Assembly (NCBI GenBank): GCA_025210235.1
Contig: JAOASG010000034.1
Coordinates: 63,922-127,921 of the forward strand
Length of the DNA stretch: 64,000 nt
Reading direction: 5' to 3'
Source of the DNA: Vallitalea sp.
GTDB taxonomy: Bacteria > Bacillota > Clostridia > Lachnospirales > Vallitaleaceae
The position numbers and the translations under genes are program-made. Numbering within the stretch: the stretch's first letter is position 1; each line of letters opens with the position of its first letter. Below the pieces are notes generated by a model that had not been told where the DNA came from, ran no database searches, and saw nothing but the letters and a program-made list of their open reading frames with translations. This document shows, one piece after another, positions 62,987 to 64,000 of this stretch.

Positions 62987-63382
62987 GTGAAGAAAGATAG
63001 AATATTACATAAAGAATTAAATAAGGCACTTAGTAGTTTGGGACATTATGATACAATAATAGTTTGCGATGCGGGATTACCAATTCCAAAAGAAGAACAA
63101 CGAATTGAATTAGCAATAAAACCAGGGGTACCTAGTTTTGTAGATGTTATAGAAGCTATAATGGAAGATTTAGAGGTTGAAAAAGTTTATGTAGCAGAAG
63201 AAGTAAAAAGTATAAGTCCAGATATGAGTAAGGAGCATGAAAGAATTTTTAAGAATATGGATGTAGAGCATGTTCCTCATTCAAGATTTAAAGAAATGAG
63301 TAAAGAGTGTAAAGTTATAGTAAGGACTGGAGAATATACTAAATTTTCTAGTGCATTATTAGTTTGTGGTTGTGCTTATTAG
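62987..63382 (+). CDS. rbsD: D-ribose pyranase
   Basis: 131 aa with GTG start. RbsD/FucU family (…HKELNKALSSLGHYDTIIVCDAGLPIP…). Confidence 0.8.
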   Translation: MKKDRILHKELNKALSSLGHYDTIIVCDAGLPIPKEEQRIELAIKPGVPSFVDVIEAIMEDLEVEKVYVAEEVKSISPDMSKEHERIFKNMDVEHVPHSRFKEMSKECKVIVRTGEYTKFSSALLVCGCAY

Positions 63383-63397
63383 ATTGACATTATAGAT

Positions 63398-63865
63398 TTG
63401 GAGGATTTTATGATACAATTACCAGTTGATGAAAGTATAATTCGTATAGTTTTATCTTATTTAGTGGGTGCGGTTATAGGATATGAAAGAGAAAGCACTA
63501 ATAGACCTGCCGGATTTAGAACGCACATAATTGTATCTTTAGGTTCTTGTTTGGCTATGTTAATAAATTATGAGATATTTGCAACTTTTGGAAATTCTAC
63601 TACAATGGACCCTGGACGAATGGGCTCCTATGTAATAAGTGGAATTGGATTTCTAGGGGCAGGTACTATAATTAAAGAAGGTGCTTCGGTTAAAGGATTG
63701 ACAACTGCTGCAAGTTTATGGACAAGTGCTATGCTAGGATTAGCTTTGGGTGCAGGATTATATAAAATAAGTTTAGTTGTGACAGTACTTGTTATATTTA
63801 CTTTATTTGTTGTTAATAAGATTGAATTTAGAATGAATGTAAGACGTACTAATAGAAGAAGATGA
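63398..63865 (+). CDS. MgtC/SapB family membrane protein
   Basis: 155 aa with four TM helices. MgtC family pattern (…GYERE…GFRTH…). Confidence 0.7.
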   Translation: MEDFMIQLPVDESIIRIVLSYLVGAVIGYERESTNRPAGFRTHIIVSLGSCLAMLINYEIFATFGNSTTMDPGRMGSYVISGIGFLGAGTIIKEGASVKGLTTAASLWTSAMLGLALGAGLYKISLVVTVLVIFTLFVVNKIEFRMNVRRTNRRR

Positions 63866-63945
63866 TATATTAAATTATATTTGAAGAACTAATAATGGGC
63901 TATATTTTTAGATATCTTCAAAATACATATAAGAAGGTGAAAATA

Positions 63946-64000
63946 TGGCTAATGTAACGATTAAAGATATTGCTAACAAAGCGAATGTATCATCTACAAC
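63946..64000 (+). CDS. LacI family transcriptional regulator (5' end only; runs off window)
   Basis: MANVTIKDIANKANVSSTT is a canonical LacI HTH start. The gene is truncated by the window edge. Confidence 0.6.

Overview
This is an AT-rich, low-GC Firmicutes (Clostridium-like) chromosomal segment. Nothing in it indicates a plasmid or phage. The first ~18.6 kb is a conserved housekeeping backbone, almost all on the + strand: an AraC regulator, argF, birA, coaX, dusB, greA, lysS, a GH-like protein with two membrane proteins, cdaA-cdaR, glmM and glmS. Immediately downstream of glmS, a classic insertion hotspot, lies a ~17 kb accessory stretch (18.6-35.6 kb) with gene remnants at both edges. Its core is a DNA methyltransferase with split motifs (motif I near the N-terminus, DPPY near the C-terminus, Zn-ribbons between) followed by a 1489-aa nuclease-helicase protein: SEC-C Zn motif, RecB/Cas4-like nuclease with an Fe-S cysteine cluster, then an Upf1/Dna2-like SF1 helicase. 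Two uncharacterised genes follow, one of them a polytopic membrane protein. This looks like a restriction-like defence module whose architecture matches no canonical Type I/II/III R-M, BREX or DISARM layout, and it is the strongest candidate for an undescribed system. The same island also carries a PH-domain protein, a GNAT acetyltransferase, a two-subunit permease, an AraC/GyrI regulator, an SPFH protein and two tandem WYL-domain regulators. Downstream are a YesMN-type sugar utilisation locus, gpx plus a MarR regulator, a 1640-aa thioester-less alpha-2-macroglobulin-like protein coupled to a secreted MEMO1-like protein, an erythromycin-esterase-family lipoprotein, and a ribose/deoxyribose-nucleoside salvage locus (LacI, rbsK, ABC transporter, AlkP-family phosphodiesterase, deoC, rbsD). 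Non-coding points worth noting: a 151-bp element bounded by 14-bp terminal inverted repeats sits in the glmM-glmS spacer where a glmS ribozyme would be expected, and no ribozyme core is present. A shortened copy of that element lies in the leader of the SPFH gene. A motif TGGGAAAGTTGAGT recurs upstream of three genes. Several consensus sigma-A promoters and rho-independent terminators can be read directly. No rRNA, intact tRNA, CRISPR array, IS element or integrase was found.
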